A stretch of 63,014 bases of DNA, the filler included, from Octopus bimaculoides (lineage: Eukaryota): assembly GCF_001194135.2 (NCBI RefSeq). It is 7 parts of 6 records of this genome, joined end to end, with 100 filler letters (N's around TTAATTAATTAA, not from the genome) between each part and the next. Parts side by side here need not be neighbours in the genome. Positions count along the whole stretch, not along the records: positions 51,385 to 58,236 come from NC_068982.1; positions 58,337 to 63,014 come from NC_068998.1; 5 more parts are not named here. The stretch is one strand, 5' to 3'. A model generated the notes under the pieces. The model was not told the origin of the DNA and made no database searches. It worked only from the letters and a program-made list of their open reading frames with translations. The position numbers and the translations under genes were made by a program. Numbering within the stretch: position 1 is the first letter of the stretch; the number at the start of each line of letters is the position of its first letter. This document shows positions 52,180 through 63,014 of this stretch, one piece after another.

Positions 52180-52880
52180 GATAGTTGAAAAAGTCGCTAT
52201 AGGTATAAAAATACCATAAACAATTATAGAAAGATGAAGGAGAAAAAGATGTTGAATCAAAATTAGATTTAATACAAAATAGGATTCAATACATACACTC
52301 ATTTCAAAGGACAATACAAATATGTAAGAAAAAATTATAACCATTGTAATTATAATTAAATTTATGCATTATCATTTTCATCAGTGTGAAGAAATTTTGT
52401 AAGGACATCAAAAAAGGTTTAATAAAATAAATTAAAAATAAAATACAATAAGAGAGAATACAAGTGGAGTAATCGGGAAAAAATTGGATATTTGCAAGCA
52501 AGTTTTAAAAGGGGAAAAAATAACAGTAATAATAATTGTAAGAGAGACGAAAGGGAAAAAAAAGACACATATCAATATGTATGCACATCTATATGTGTGG
52601 TAAACTATAACATAAAAATGAGAATGAAAAGCTAAAAAATGTTTTAAAAAATTTTAACAGGTCGAGACAATGTATAATAAAAAGGGCCACATATGTATAG
52701 TAGAATATAATGTAACAGGTGGACTAGTAGAAAAAAACAGAGTTATACATATACATATTAATATTGAAAAACGAAAAAATATATGTATATATATTTTACA
52801 AAAGGTTAAAAAGTGATAGGCAAGACTGTGTTTGAAAAAAGTTACAATATTAAAGTAAAAATGTACATGCAGAGAAAAAA
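52180..52880 (-). mobile_element. Inverted PLE 3' UTR/pLTR at the 5' junction of the 52881 element
   Basis: 52804-52880 is the reverse complement of 55994-56073; 52180-52290 matches 32670-32790. Confidence 0.65.
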
Positions 52881-53904
52881 TCGATTTGTCCTATTCTACT
52901 TAATAAAGCTCTTATTTTTGCAAAGAATAGGACTAACTTATCAATGAAAGAAATAAAAGTTATACTTGAAGCAAGGAAAATTTTGGATGAGAAAGGACAC
53001 ACCAGATTGCTTTGATATACCAATGGGTGTGCAAGATTCAGCTAAAGTCACAGACTTTGTCAGGATTTATTTACTACACCTACTCCAGAAAGAACTCCCA
53101 GAATCTGAAGGTGGTCTCTACAGGGATGATGCTTTGTTTGTAGTTCGAAATGCCTCCAACCGTAAAATCGAAATATATCAGAAGATATTACATAAATTTT
53201 TCAAAAGCCATGGACTCACCATCACCATTGAGCAGGATCACACTTCTGTGAACTTCTTGGATGCAAATTTTAACCTTACTACTTCAGTTTACCAACCATA
53301 CTATAAACCTAATAGCAATATTACTTATATACATGCGCAGAGCAATCATCCTTCTAATATTCTTGATAACATACCTTATAACATTGAAAATAGAATTGAC
53401 TCATTATCTTCAAATGAAGAAATTGTTAATAAGCATAAAAACTATTACAATCTGGCTCTTAGAAATGCTGGTTATAAATATCAAATTAAGTACAACAAAT
53501 TTAACAATGATTTTTTCCAATCATAACAACAGCTGTGTGGATATGAACTCCAATAAACACACCACAATTTCTAAACACCATCATGAATTGGAATGCCCTG
53601 CCACACAACTTAACTCTATAAAGTATATTTGTCAACATAATTCTACCATAAAAAAGAAAAAAAAAATTAACAACTATGGATCAAATAACAAGACTTTTAC
53701 TAACCACATTTCTACCAATACCTGTATTTCTAATAAGACAAACAATTGTAATGTCACTGGCAGTCATTATGAGAAAAACATTAACATAGCCAGAAATAAT
53801 AACACGAAACAAAGTCTTTTCACAAAAAAATCTCTTATTTCTTCACATACTCTAAATCCCCCCTCACAACTACACAACCAACTCTAATGATGTCCAATAT
53901 TTTC

Positions 53905-53936
<32 letters not shown>

Positions 53937-55163
53937 CGGGCTGATTACTACCTAGCTCAGATTCCAGGAAACCCCAAAATGGCTGAAGTTCAAAAGATAG
54001 TGCTCATGGGAACTGCCCATATCCTATGTAAAATACTGTCTATGTGATCTCAAATTTTAAAACATTCTCTAGAACAACACTGTACAAATTCAAATATATG
54101 GTACCCTAGGCATAACACCTACATGAACTTCTAACTTGTTGTCTCTTGAGGTCTCTGGGTGAGACTTGGATCCAACTTGTACAAATGTAAAGCAAAAGTC
54201 AAACATAAAATAATAATAATAAAGGTGGTAATAATAATAATAATGATAATAATAATAATAACAATATTAATAATATTAATAATTATAATGAGAATAGCAT
54301 TGTTAGTAATGGTGTTAATATGAGAGGTAAAAAGAAACCTATACCTTTCTTCTGAACGGGTGACCCATCTAATAAAAACCACCATACCAATAAGAAACAC
54401 AATAATGACGTAATTTGGATTATATTTCCTTTTGCTAAACATTTGAAGTCTAATTTTATAAAGTCTATTATTAAATCAAATTTTAGTAAATCTAGGTATG
54501 CTGGGATATTCAGTAACAGAATGATTAGATTTGGCTTTTCTGTTTCTCCTAACTTATTTAGGATTATTTCTTCCTTTAACAATAGAAAACCAAATCTTTA
54601 CTTACAAGAATTTAACCCCCTCTAATACTTATACTAACCCCAATTATTCAAATAGCTCTGTTTCTTCTACCAACGATTCTCATACTCACACAAACTCTTC
54701 CTCTATCAACACACATACACATAACAATAGTACGCCTAATATTAGGAACAATTGTAACTGTAGAAACCCTAACACCTGTGAGGTTAAAGGTAATTGTAAA
54801 ATGAAAAATGTTGTATATAAAGCTACATGATCTCTCTAGGTTTCGTTATACAGGTTGCACACAGACCCCTCTTAAATTACGTTTGAATAATTATAAATCA
54901 TCTTTTAATGATCCTCGGAAAGAAAGTAGTACTAGTTTATCCAAAAAGGTATGGCAACTTAAAAGAGACAACATAAATTTCTCAATTTCTTGGAATATTG
55001 TTTCTTCTGCCTCTCTTATAGGATTAGAAATAGAACAGGCTTTTTATGCCTTGAAGAGTCTTATATAATTATGAAAATGAACAATTCTATCTTAAATTTG
55101 AGAGATGAAAGAGTTTTCTCTTGTAAACATATGTCCAAATTTCTTTTCATTAACCTTAAATAG
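52881..55163 (+). pseudogene. Decayed PLE (Naiad-type) RT + Asn-rich linker + GIY-YIG ORF, interrupted by a Dong/R4 fragment
   Basis: LLNKALIFAK..EARK / FDIPMG / GLYRDDAL (YRDD at 53119-53130) / VNFLD / YYKPN / SNHP / VIWIIFPF / CNC....C...GNCKMKNVVYKAT / RYTGCT..PLKLRLNNYKSSF / STSLSKKVWQLK / FLCLEES / ILNLRDE...CKHMSKF*. Multiple frameshifts. Confidence 0.92.
53936..54220 (+). mobile_element. 5'-truncated Dong/R4-type (RLE) non-LTR retrotransposon 3' end in a (TAA)n tract
   Basis: ADYYLAQIPGNPKMAEVQKIVLMGTAHILCKILSM* (stop 54045-54047) matches the Dong/R4 C-terminal QK..L.GTA.IL motif. It has a 3' UTR of about 160 nt and (TAA)n on both sides. Confidence 0.8.
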
Positions 55164-55281
55164 TCTTACTGATTATCTCTTTGCCTTTTTCTTATTAGCT
55201 CTTATTACACACTTAGGTTATGTGTATGTGTGAGTGTATGTATGTTTTTTTGTGTATATATTCAGTGTATTTATTTCAGTT

Positions 55282-55443
55282 GTAGGAGTGGCTGTGTGGT
55301 AAGTAGCTTGCTTACAAACCGCATGATTCCAGGTTCAGTCCCACTGCATGGCACCTTGGGCATGTGTCTTCTATTATAGCCTCGGGCCGACCAAAGCCTT
55401 GTGAGTGGATTTGGTAGACGGAAACTGAAAGACGCCCATCATA

Positions 55444-55528
<85 letters not shown>

Positions 55529-55756
55529 TGTATGTGTGTGTATATGTTTGTGTATCTGTGTTTGCCCCACCAACATAGCTTGACAACTGATGCTGGTGTG
55601 TTTACGTCCCTGTAACTTAGCGGTTCGGCAAAAGGAACCAATAGAATAAGTACTAGGCTTACAAAGAATAAGTCCTGGGGTCGATTTGCTTGACTAAAGG
55701 CAGTGCTCCAGCATGGCCACAGTCAAATGACTGAAACAAGTAAAAGAGTAAAGAGT
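55282..55756 (+). mobile_element. Full-length tRNA-derived SINE (family A, OK-like) with internal (TA)n
   Basis: A-box TGGCTGTGTGG at 55289, B-box GGTTCAGTCCC at 55332, core GGCACCTTGGGCATGTGTC, internal (TA)n at 55441-55520, and tail ...GACTGAAACAAGTAAAAGAGTAAAGAG. Confidence 0.92.
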
Positions 55757-56100
55757 ATATGTGTATATGTATGTATATGTGTATGACTGTATATCTTTAT
55801 GTGTTAAGTGTATACGTTTTTTCTATCACTTGTATTTTATAGCATTTTTCTACTTCATATATTTACTTTTTGTTCCTACTTTTTTCTTATTGTCTCCCCT
55901 ACCTCGAGCTAGTTTTTGAGCAAGGTTACTATCTTGAATTACACTGGCCAGTTTTGTCTGATTGATGTTTTTCCTAATTAAATTCTCTTTGGTTTTTTTC
56001 TCTGCATGTATATACATTTTTATCTTAATGTTGTAACTTTTTTCAAACAGTCTTGCCTATCACATTTTAGCCTCGAATATAGAGAACGAACATAACCCAT

Positions 56101-56270
56101 AACTTTGTTGATGTTACTTTAGATTTAAGTGCAGAGATTTTTTATCATAAGTGTAACACAGACCATTGATATATAAATAAAAATAGTAATCACCCTATAT
56201 ACTAACCCAGGCAATAGTTGAGAACATATCTACCTGTATTTCTAACCTGTCAGCAAAGAAATTTTGAAGT
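56101..56270 (+). pseudogene. Additional highly decayed PLE RT fragment
   Basis: NFVDVTLDL...FYHKCN...*YINKNSNHP then a frameshift to IVENIST.ISNLS, parallel to the NFLD...SNHP region at 53250-53400. Confidence 0.6.
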
Positions 56271-57539
56271 TTGTATAGTCTATAGGCAACAACTTTAAAG
56301 ATTTGGTAGGATTGAAGGGTGGATGTAGAGAGTGATACATGACCTGGGGAAGGTAGAGAGATATCTAAGAGAGAGTGAAGAGAGTGGCAGGATAGTAATA
56401 TTGAAGCTACATGAGTGAGGAGGAGAGAGGAGGTACAGAGCATAAGGGGATATAATTTGGTGGTTCAGTGGTGGTGGAATAACTTAATGGATGAGGAGAA
56501 CAATATTGATGGACAAAAAATGGCTAACAAATGCAATGATTCCAGGTAGCACGAAAAATAGGATGGCCTTTGTGGGGTGGGAAGAAAGGGAGCTGTTCAG
56601 AGAAGATTGGGTATATATTTATATATACACAGACGTATACAAATATATATATATATGAATATATACACACACATATGTATATACATGTATATATACATAG
56701 ATATCAATCTACCTATCCTCTCTCTCTCTCTCTCTCTCTCTCCATATATATNNNNNNNNNNNNNNNNNNNNNNNNNNNNNNNNNNNNNNNNNNNNNNNNN
56801 NNNNNNNNNNNNNNNNNNNNNNNNNNNNNNNNNNNNNNNNNNNNNNNNNNNNNNNNNNNNNNNNNNNNNNNNNNNNNNNNNNNNNNNNNNNNNNNNNNNN
56901 NNNNNNNNNNNNNNNNNNNNNNNNNNNNNNNNNNNNNNNNNNNNNNNNNNNNNNNNNNNNNNNNNNNNNNNNNNNNNNNNNNNNNNNNNNNNNNNNNNNN
57001 NNNNNNNNNNNNNNNNNNNNNNNNNNNNNNNNNNNNNNNNNNNNNNNNNNNNNNNNNNNNNNNNNNNNNNNNNNNNNNNNNNNNNNNNNNNNNNNNNNNN
57101 NNNNNNNNNNNNNNNNNNNNNNNNNNNNNNNNNNNNNNNNNNNNNNNNNNNNNNNNNNNNNNNNNNNNNNNNNNNNNNNNNNNNNNNNNNNNNNNNNNNN
57201 NNNNNNNNNNNNNNNNNNNNNNNNNNNNNNNNNNNNNNNNNNNNNNNNNNNNNNNNNNNNNNNNNNNNNNNNNNNNNNNNNNNNNNNNNNNNNNNNNNNN
57301 NNNNNNNNNNNNNNNNNNNNNNNNNNNNNNNNNNNNNNNNNNNNNNNNNNNNNNNNNNNNNNNNNNNNNNNNNNNNNNNNNNNNNNNNNNNNNNNNNNNN
57401 NNNNNNNNNNNNNNNNNNNNNNNNNNNNNNNNNNNNNNNNNNNNNNNNNNNNNNNNNNNNNNNNNNNNNNNNNNNNNNNNNNNNNNNNNNNNNNNNNNNN
57501 NNNNNNNNNNNNNNNNNNNNNNNGTTTGGCTATTTTTAG

Positions 57540-57740
57540 AATTGATGTTAAATCTATTTTTAGAAATGATGATATTTTAATTTATTGTTTTGTGTGGGTT
57601 GTAGGGATAAGATTTTTAAACCCCAGTAGGTGTTCGGCTGTTCTTAGAAATGATGCCAAATCTATTTATAGAAATGATGATATCTGAGAGATTTTTTGTG
57701 TTTTGGTTACAGGGATAAGATTTTTAAACCCCAAGTAAGA
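57540..57740 (+). repeat. Tandem duplication of about 110 bp in a PLE 3' UTR
   Basis: AAATCTATTT.TAGAAATGATGATAT...AGGGATAAGATTTTTAAACCCCA occurs twice. Confidence 0.8.
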
Positions 57741-57749
57741 TGGATTTAA

Positions 57750-57915
57750 TCATTGTTTGTTAAGAGTGGGTTTGAATTTCTTAATAAAGTCCTTTTCTTT
57801 GCATTTTCTTTCAATTTCATTCCGGTTGTAAAGTTTATGCAATGGAAATATAATAAAAGTTTGATGACCACATGTTGCTAGATGGTTACTCAGTGGTATT
57901 TGGTGGACTTCTGGG
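57750..57915 (-). pseudogene. PLE (Neptune-like) GIY-YIG C-terminal fragment
   Basis: Minus strand: EVHQIPLSNHLATCGHQTFIIFPLHKLYNRNEIERKCKEKDFIKKFKPTLNKQ*, containing the R..KE..FI.KFKP.LN motif. Confidence 0.8.
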
Positions 57916-58100
57916 TTTTTATATATATATACATAATTGTTAAAGAGGACAACAAACGTTAAGGCAAGACAAACATCTCAAGTCATATACGTTGCCCTCT
58001 TTAACAATTATAAATCTGCTGCATCAGAAATCTACAATGGTTCCATAACTTCCACTTCAGCTATGACCTTGGTCATATTTTGTGTGTGTGTGTGTGTGTG

Positions 58101-58142
<42 letters not shown>

Positions 58143-58280
58143 ATAAATAATATATATACATATATGAATATATACATGTATATATGTATATATATATATG
58201 TATATAATAGAAATATGTTAAAAAAACAAAATAGAANNNNNNNNNNNNNNNNNNNNNNNNNNNNNNNNNNNNNNNNNNNN

Positions 58281-58292
58281 TTAATTAATTAA
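58281..58292. other. Assembly gap linker TTAATTAATTAA
   Basis: 44 N on each side. Confidence 0.95.
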
Positions 58293-58964
58293 NNNNNNNN
58301 NNNNNNNNNNNNNNNNNNNNNNNNNNNNNNNNNNNNTGTGTGTGTGTGTGTGTGTGTGTGTATGTATATAGGCACACGACTTCCATATAAATCCTCGTAT
58401 AGCAGATACATCTTTCGCTTGAGTTTTACCAATGCAGATAGCGATTGACCCAAACAACGTATTAGTTCCTTTATCTCTAAATCTTAATCTTTGCCATATT
58501 TTGAAGCTAATTTGCAACGTTTATTTCTACCGGTTATGCAACAATGCCTCCCATAAATCATGCTTTTATATCAGAACTAATAGTTTAGCGATTATCGAAA
58601 TAAAATATTTCCCGCAATACCGTTGGTAACATCAATCAAATATTCTTTGGAAAATGGAAGTGGATTTGTATAATCAACAAGTTGACCGGTCATCAAAATG
58701 ATTGACTATGGTCCGCATAAAACAAAGAAATGCATCGCTGCTTAATAACAATGAAGTGATTGCGTAATATACAACCAAACGGAGTCAACTTAGCGGCATA
58801 ATAGGTCACCGGGAAGGTGAAAGCACCGAAGCATATGGCACTTATATAGAGTCAGCAAGACACAGAATCCATAGATTAGAATTGGGGCCCTAAACCTGTG
58901 AAGCCCTGGGCATTTGCCATCAGTGGCCATACCTTAAATTGGCTCCACGCACGTTGCTCATCGG

Positions 58965-59353
58965 TGCAGGCGTAGTTATGTGGTACGAAGCATGCTTCCC
59001 AACAACAAAGCTCCGGGTTCAATCCTACAGCGTAGTACCTTGGGCAAGTGTCTTCTACTATAGTCTCAGGCGGGCCAAAGTCTTGTCATTGGATTTGGTA
59101 GACGGAAGCTGAAAAGAAGCCCATAGTATATATACACACACACATATATTTGTGTGTGTGTGTGTGAGTGTGTGTGTCTGTATTTGGCACCCCACTATCG
59201 CTTGAAAACCGATGTTGGTGTGTGTACGTTCGTGTTATCTAACGGTTCAGCAAAAGAGACCCATAAAAACAATAAGTCCTGGGGTCGATTTGTTCGACTA
59301 AAGGCGGTGCTCCAGCATGACAGCAGTAAAATGACTCAAGCAATCAAAAGTAT
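58965..59353 (+). mobile_element. Full-length diverged SINE family A
   Basis: GGGTTCAATCC B-box, CCTTGGGCAAGTGTCTTCT core, internal microsatellite and GGCGGTGCTCCAGCATG tail. Confidence 0.88.
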
Positions 59354-59399
59354 AATCGGTTGAATGCACACTAGTCTACGTGAATATACAGATGAATAG

Positions 59400-59490
59400 C
59401 ACATATGCTTCTCAAATCTAGGCACAACGCCCGAAATTTTGCGGGAGGGGGACCGTCGATTAGATCGGCCCCATTACGCTACTGGGGTGC
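59400..59490 (-). mobile_element. Older SINE family B 3' fragment
   Basis: CTAGGCACAACGCCCGAAATTTT...GTCGATTAGATCGGCCCCA is antisense to the tail at 16450-16510. Confidence 0.7.
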
Positions 59491-59500
59491 TAAAGTTTCA

Positions 59501-59733
59501 TATTTCTTTATTGCCCACAAGGGGCTAAACATAGAGGGGACAAACAAGGGCAGACAAAGGGATTAAGTCGATTACATTGACCCCAGTGCGTAACTGGTAC
59601 TTAATTTATCGATTCCGAAAGGATGAAAGGCAAAGTCGACCTCGGTGGAATTTGAACTCAGAACGTAACGGCAGACGAAATACCGCTAAGCATTTCGCCG
59701 GGCGTGCTAACGATTCTGCCAGGTCGCCGCCTT
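59501..59733 (-). mobile_element. Well-preserved SINE family B copy
   Basis: The reverse complement gives AAGGCGGCGACCTGGCAGAATCGTTAGCACG...GAGTTCAAATTCCACC...CCCCTTGTGGGCAATAAAGAAATA. Confidence 0.9.
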
Positions 59734-60088
59734 TGCAATAGCATATTTCAGAGTACAGCTTCTGGCTGTTTGTTAAATATAAAATGAGATAACATACAAT
59801 GAACTACTAAGTAAACAGAGTAAATAGAGTAAACAGGAAGCTGTTAACAAGATAAAAAAAAAATTAATGCCAACAAATAGATATCAGTAAAACAAAACAT
59901 GATTTAGCGATAAACATTTAACGACGCGATGAACATGACAAGAACTCACATTAGAGAGAAATATCTGAAGAAGAAAAAAATGAGATAAAAATAAAAATTA
60001 ATTGGATAAAAACAAACAAACAAGGACATAATTAAACAATAAATAATACGGTTAACACACTAAGCGGTTGTATGAAATAAGCAGACAT

Positions 60089-60182
<94 letters not shown>

Positions 60183-60742
60183 ATGTGTGGGTATGTATGC
60201 GTGTATATATATATATATACGTATATATAATCGAAAATACGAAAAAATAAAATGAAATATAAAAGGATACCAAATAACAATCTCAAGGAATATAGAGAAA
60301 CAGGTGAGAGTAGATACAGCAACAATAATTGAATACAATAAACAAACATTACAAAGTAATGACAACTAATAAAGAACCAAATTTATATTTAAAAAAATAA
60401 TAATGATGTCGATAGAAGTAAAAAGAAAAAAAATCAAAGAAAGTTAATCAAGTGGATGAAAATAAAATTAACAATTTGACAAAAAAAAAACATATCTAAA
60501 TAACTATAGATAAAACTAAAATATGCCATGAGATTTTTGTTTTTTTAATGTATCAAAGAAGGAAAACCAAAAAGAAAAGTTGCAAATTAAAGTAAGGGGA
60601 ATAATTTCGGTCGTCGCAGACGTAAAACGCATAATTTTTTATTCACCGCCGCTTTTCACCGTGCTAGTATTAATCTGACTCCCATATCTAGGGACACTGG
60701 TTCTTTACAGCAGCATAATTATATTGTACACACACACACACA

Positions 60743-60847
<105 letters not shown>

Positions 60848-60923
60848 AATATACTGAACTCGCTTGCATGGTTCATACTTTGGATCGCCACTGATATTGC
60901 TGGTTACTAGTAATATGTCCATA

Positions 60924-60960
<37 letters not shown>

Positions 60961-63014
60961 CTACAATTAAACATATATGAATATATACACTACACCTACA
61001 AATATATATGTATATACAAATATACGCAAACGTTCATACTTGTAGTTATGCAAAAACACACACACATATATACGCAGAAATAATTGAGACTAAAGTGAAG
61101 CAATTGGACACACGTAACCATACACACTCACACAAACACACAAAGATACGGATACATGCGGACACGCCCGTAGAAACGCACTCACTCACCTATATAGGCA
61201 ATAAGAACCCAGTAAGTTAAAGTACAATATTCCCTAACACATCATATTCGTATATATCATAAATATTTATAAGAACGATTCCTTGGTTTATTTTATTTGC
61301 AACATACCGCTGGCGATATTATAATCAAATCAGGTTGTTTTTAATTCAAAATGTAAGGAGTTGTATATTCATCGCTTAGGGTATTTCATTTTCAAAACAC
61401 ATACTAGCACAAGATGTATATTGTTAATTGTCGATAAGATGTACATTAAATTGCAATGATGGTAACAAGACCGATTCTTAAATGTAAACAAATTTCACAC
61501 ACATTAACGGCTTACATATCCAGGCTCTACCTTACCATCGGAGTCTCTGTCTACCCGAGTGACTTTAATGAAAATCCACTTAAATACATACATGAATTAC
61601 TTATGCAGCAAAATTCTCAAACATAACATCTTCATACAATATTAAGGATAACGTGGGCACTATGATATTACACGTGGTAATATAAACGTGCTCATTTTAG
61701 AACCTTCGTCTTGAGAAAGGCAATCTTCCGAAATTCAAGGGATATATCTGTGTGCGTATCAGCTTATATATATATATATATATNNNNNNNNNNNNNNNNN
61801 NNNNNNNNNNNNNNNNNNNNNNNNNNNNNNNNNNNNNNNNNNNNNNNNNNNNNNNNNNNNNNNNNNNNNNNNNNNNNNNNNNNNNNNNNNNNNNNNNNNN
61901 NNNNNNNNNNNNNNNNNNNNNNNNNNNNNNNNNNNNNNNNNNNNNNNNNNNNNNNNNNNNNNNNNNNNNNNNNNNNNNNNNNNNNNNNNNNNNNNNNNNN
62001 NNNNNNNNNNNNNNNNNNNNNNNNNNNNNNNNNNNNNNNNNNNNNNNNNNNNNNNNNNNNNNNNNNNNNNNNNNNNNNNNNNNNNNNNNNNNNNNNNNNN
62101 NNNNNNNNNNNNNNNNNNNNNNNNNNNNNNNNNNNGTAATCTCTCGACTAGCGCGTGTGTTACGTATCAAAACATCGCGCGATAGGTGAAAATCCGTGAA
62201 GTAGAAACAGTACTGTACTGCATTTTTTTTTTCCTTATTTGTACACATGCATTTATTATAAAAGCAAAACAACACCACAGAGGAATCGCCGTAAGCTTAA
62301 GTAATAAACAACGATAGGTGAACCTCGACGTGACATGGGGTTACTCTATATGTATGTGTGTGTGTGTGTGTGTGCCCCCGTATGTGTGTGAATATATGGT
62401 TATCACGTAATCACATGGCCGGCCAGAATATCAGATGTGAAACATTGCTAGACGTAGTGCGAACTGCATTGTTTTAACGTTCGAATAATGCCACCAACAC
62501 ATGGTCAACATTCCCCACTGAATATAGTACATAATTGAGTAATGTGAAATAAAGAGTCTTGCTAAGATCAAGAATAGAAGCCATGAATGTAGGGATCGTG
62601 AATAGAAAAAGAAACCATTGTGTGCCTATGTATGTGTATGCTTGAACGTGCACCTAAAGCGTATGTGTCTGACTTACCACCTCGACAAAATGAAATATGG
62701 TAACGAATTCATCAATATCGAATTTACATTACCAACTTAATTTACTCAACAGTTTTGAATCACTTCCATAATTGGATATCTTTTATAGCCTCTAACCTTC
62801 TGTTTTACGACGAACGCTGATTCAGGGGGAAAGTGTCTATGTGATTCTATATGCGTTTGTGTGCGAGTGTGTATGTGAATGTTTGTGAGAACCTATCTAT
62901 GTATGAGTGGGACTGTATCTAGCTATCTGTATATGTATATATATATATATATGTGTGTGTATGTGTAAACATACATATATACATATATACGTATATATAT
63001 ATATATATATATAT

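Noticed and set aside
55282-55345. tRNA-like A/B boxes in SINE heads as tRNA genes
   Set aside because: They continue directly into SINE core and tail sequence and lack a complete cloverleaf, so they are SINE heads.

Overview
This is a repeat-dense, AT-rich stretch of an animal genome from a gapped short-read assembly. The tRNA-derived SINE families, the octopus-type RTE fragment and the extreme (TA)n/(TATG)n/(CA)n load point to an Octopus genome (inference). I found no intact host protein-coding gene; most ORF-track entries are translations of microsatellites or N-runs. The recognisable coding remnants are all decayed mobile elements: at least seven Penelope-like element (PLE) fragments from about three lineages (RT and/or GIY-YIG), CR1/L2-group, RTE and Dong/R4 non-LTR fragments, a mariner transposase, and a probable CCHC-knuckle ORF1/Gag remnant. 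The most notable signal is a set of minimal type-I hammerhead ribozyme motifs in PLE terminal repeats. These include a symmetric 198/24/198-bp fold-back element carrying one hammerhead on each strand, and compensatory base changes between hammerhead copies. PLE remnants here also repeatedly carry inverted copies of their own sequence at the 5' truncation point. All alignments and translations were done by eye; clade names are motif-based inferences.
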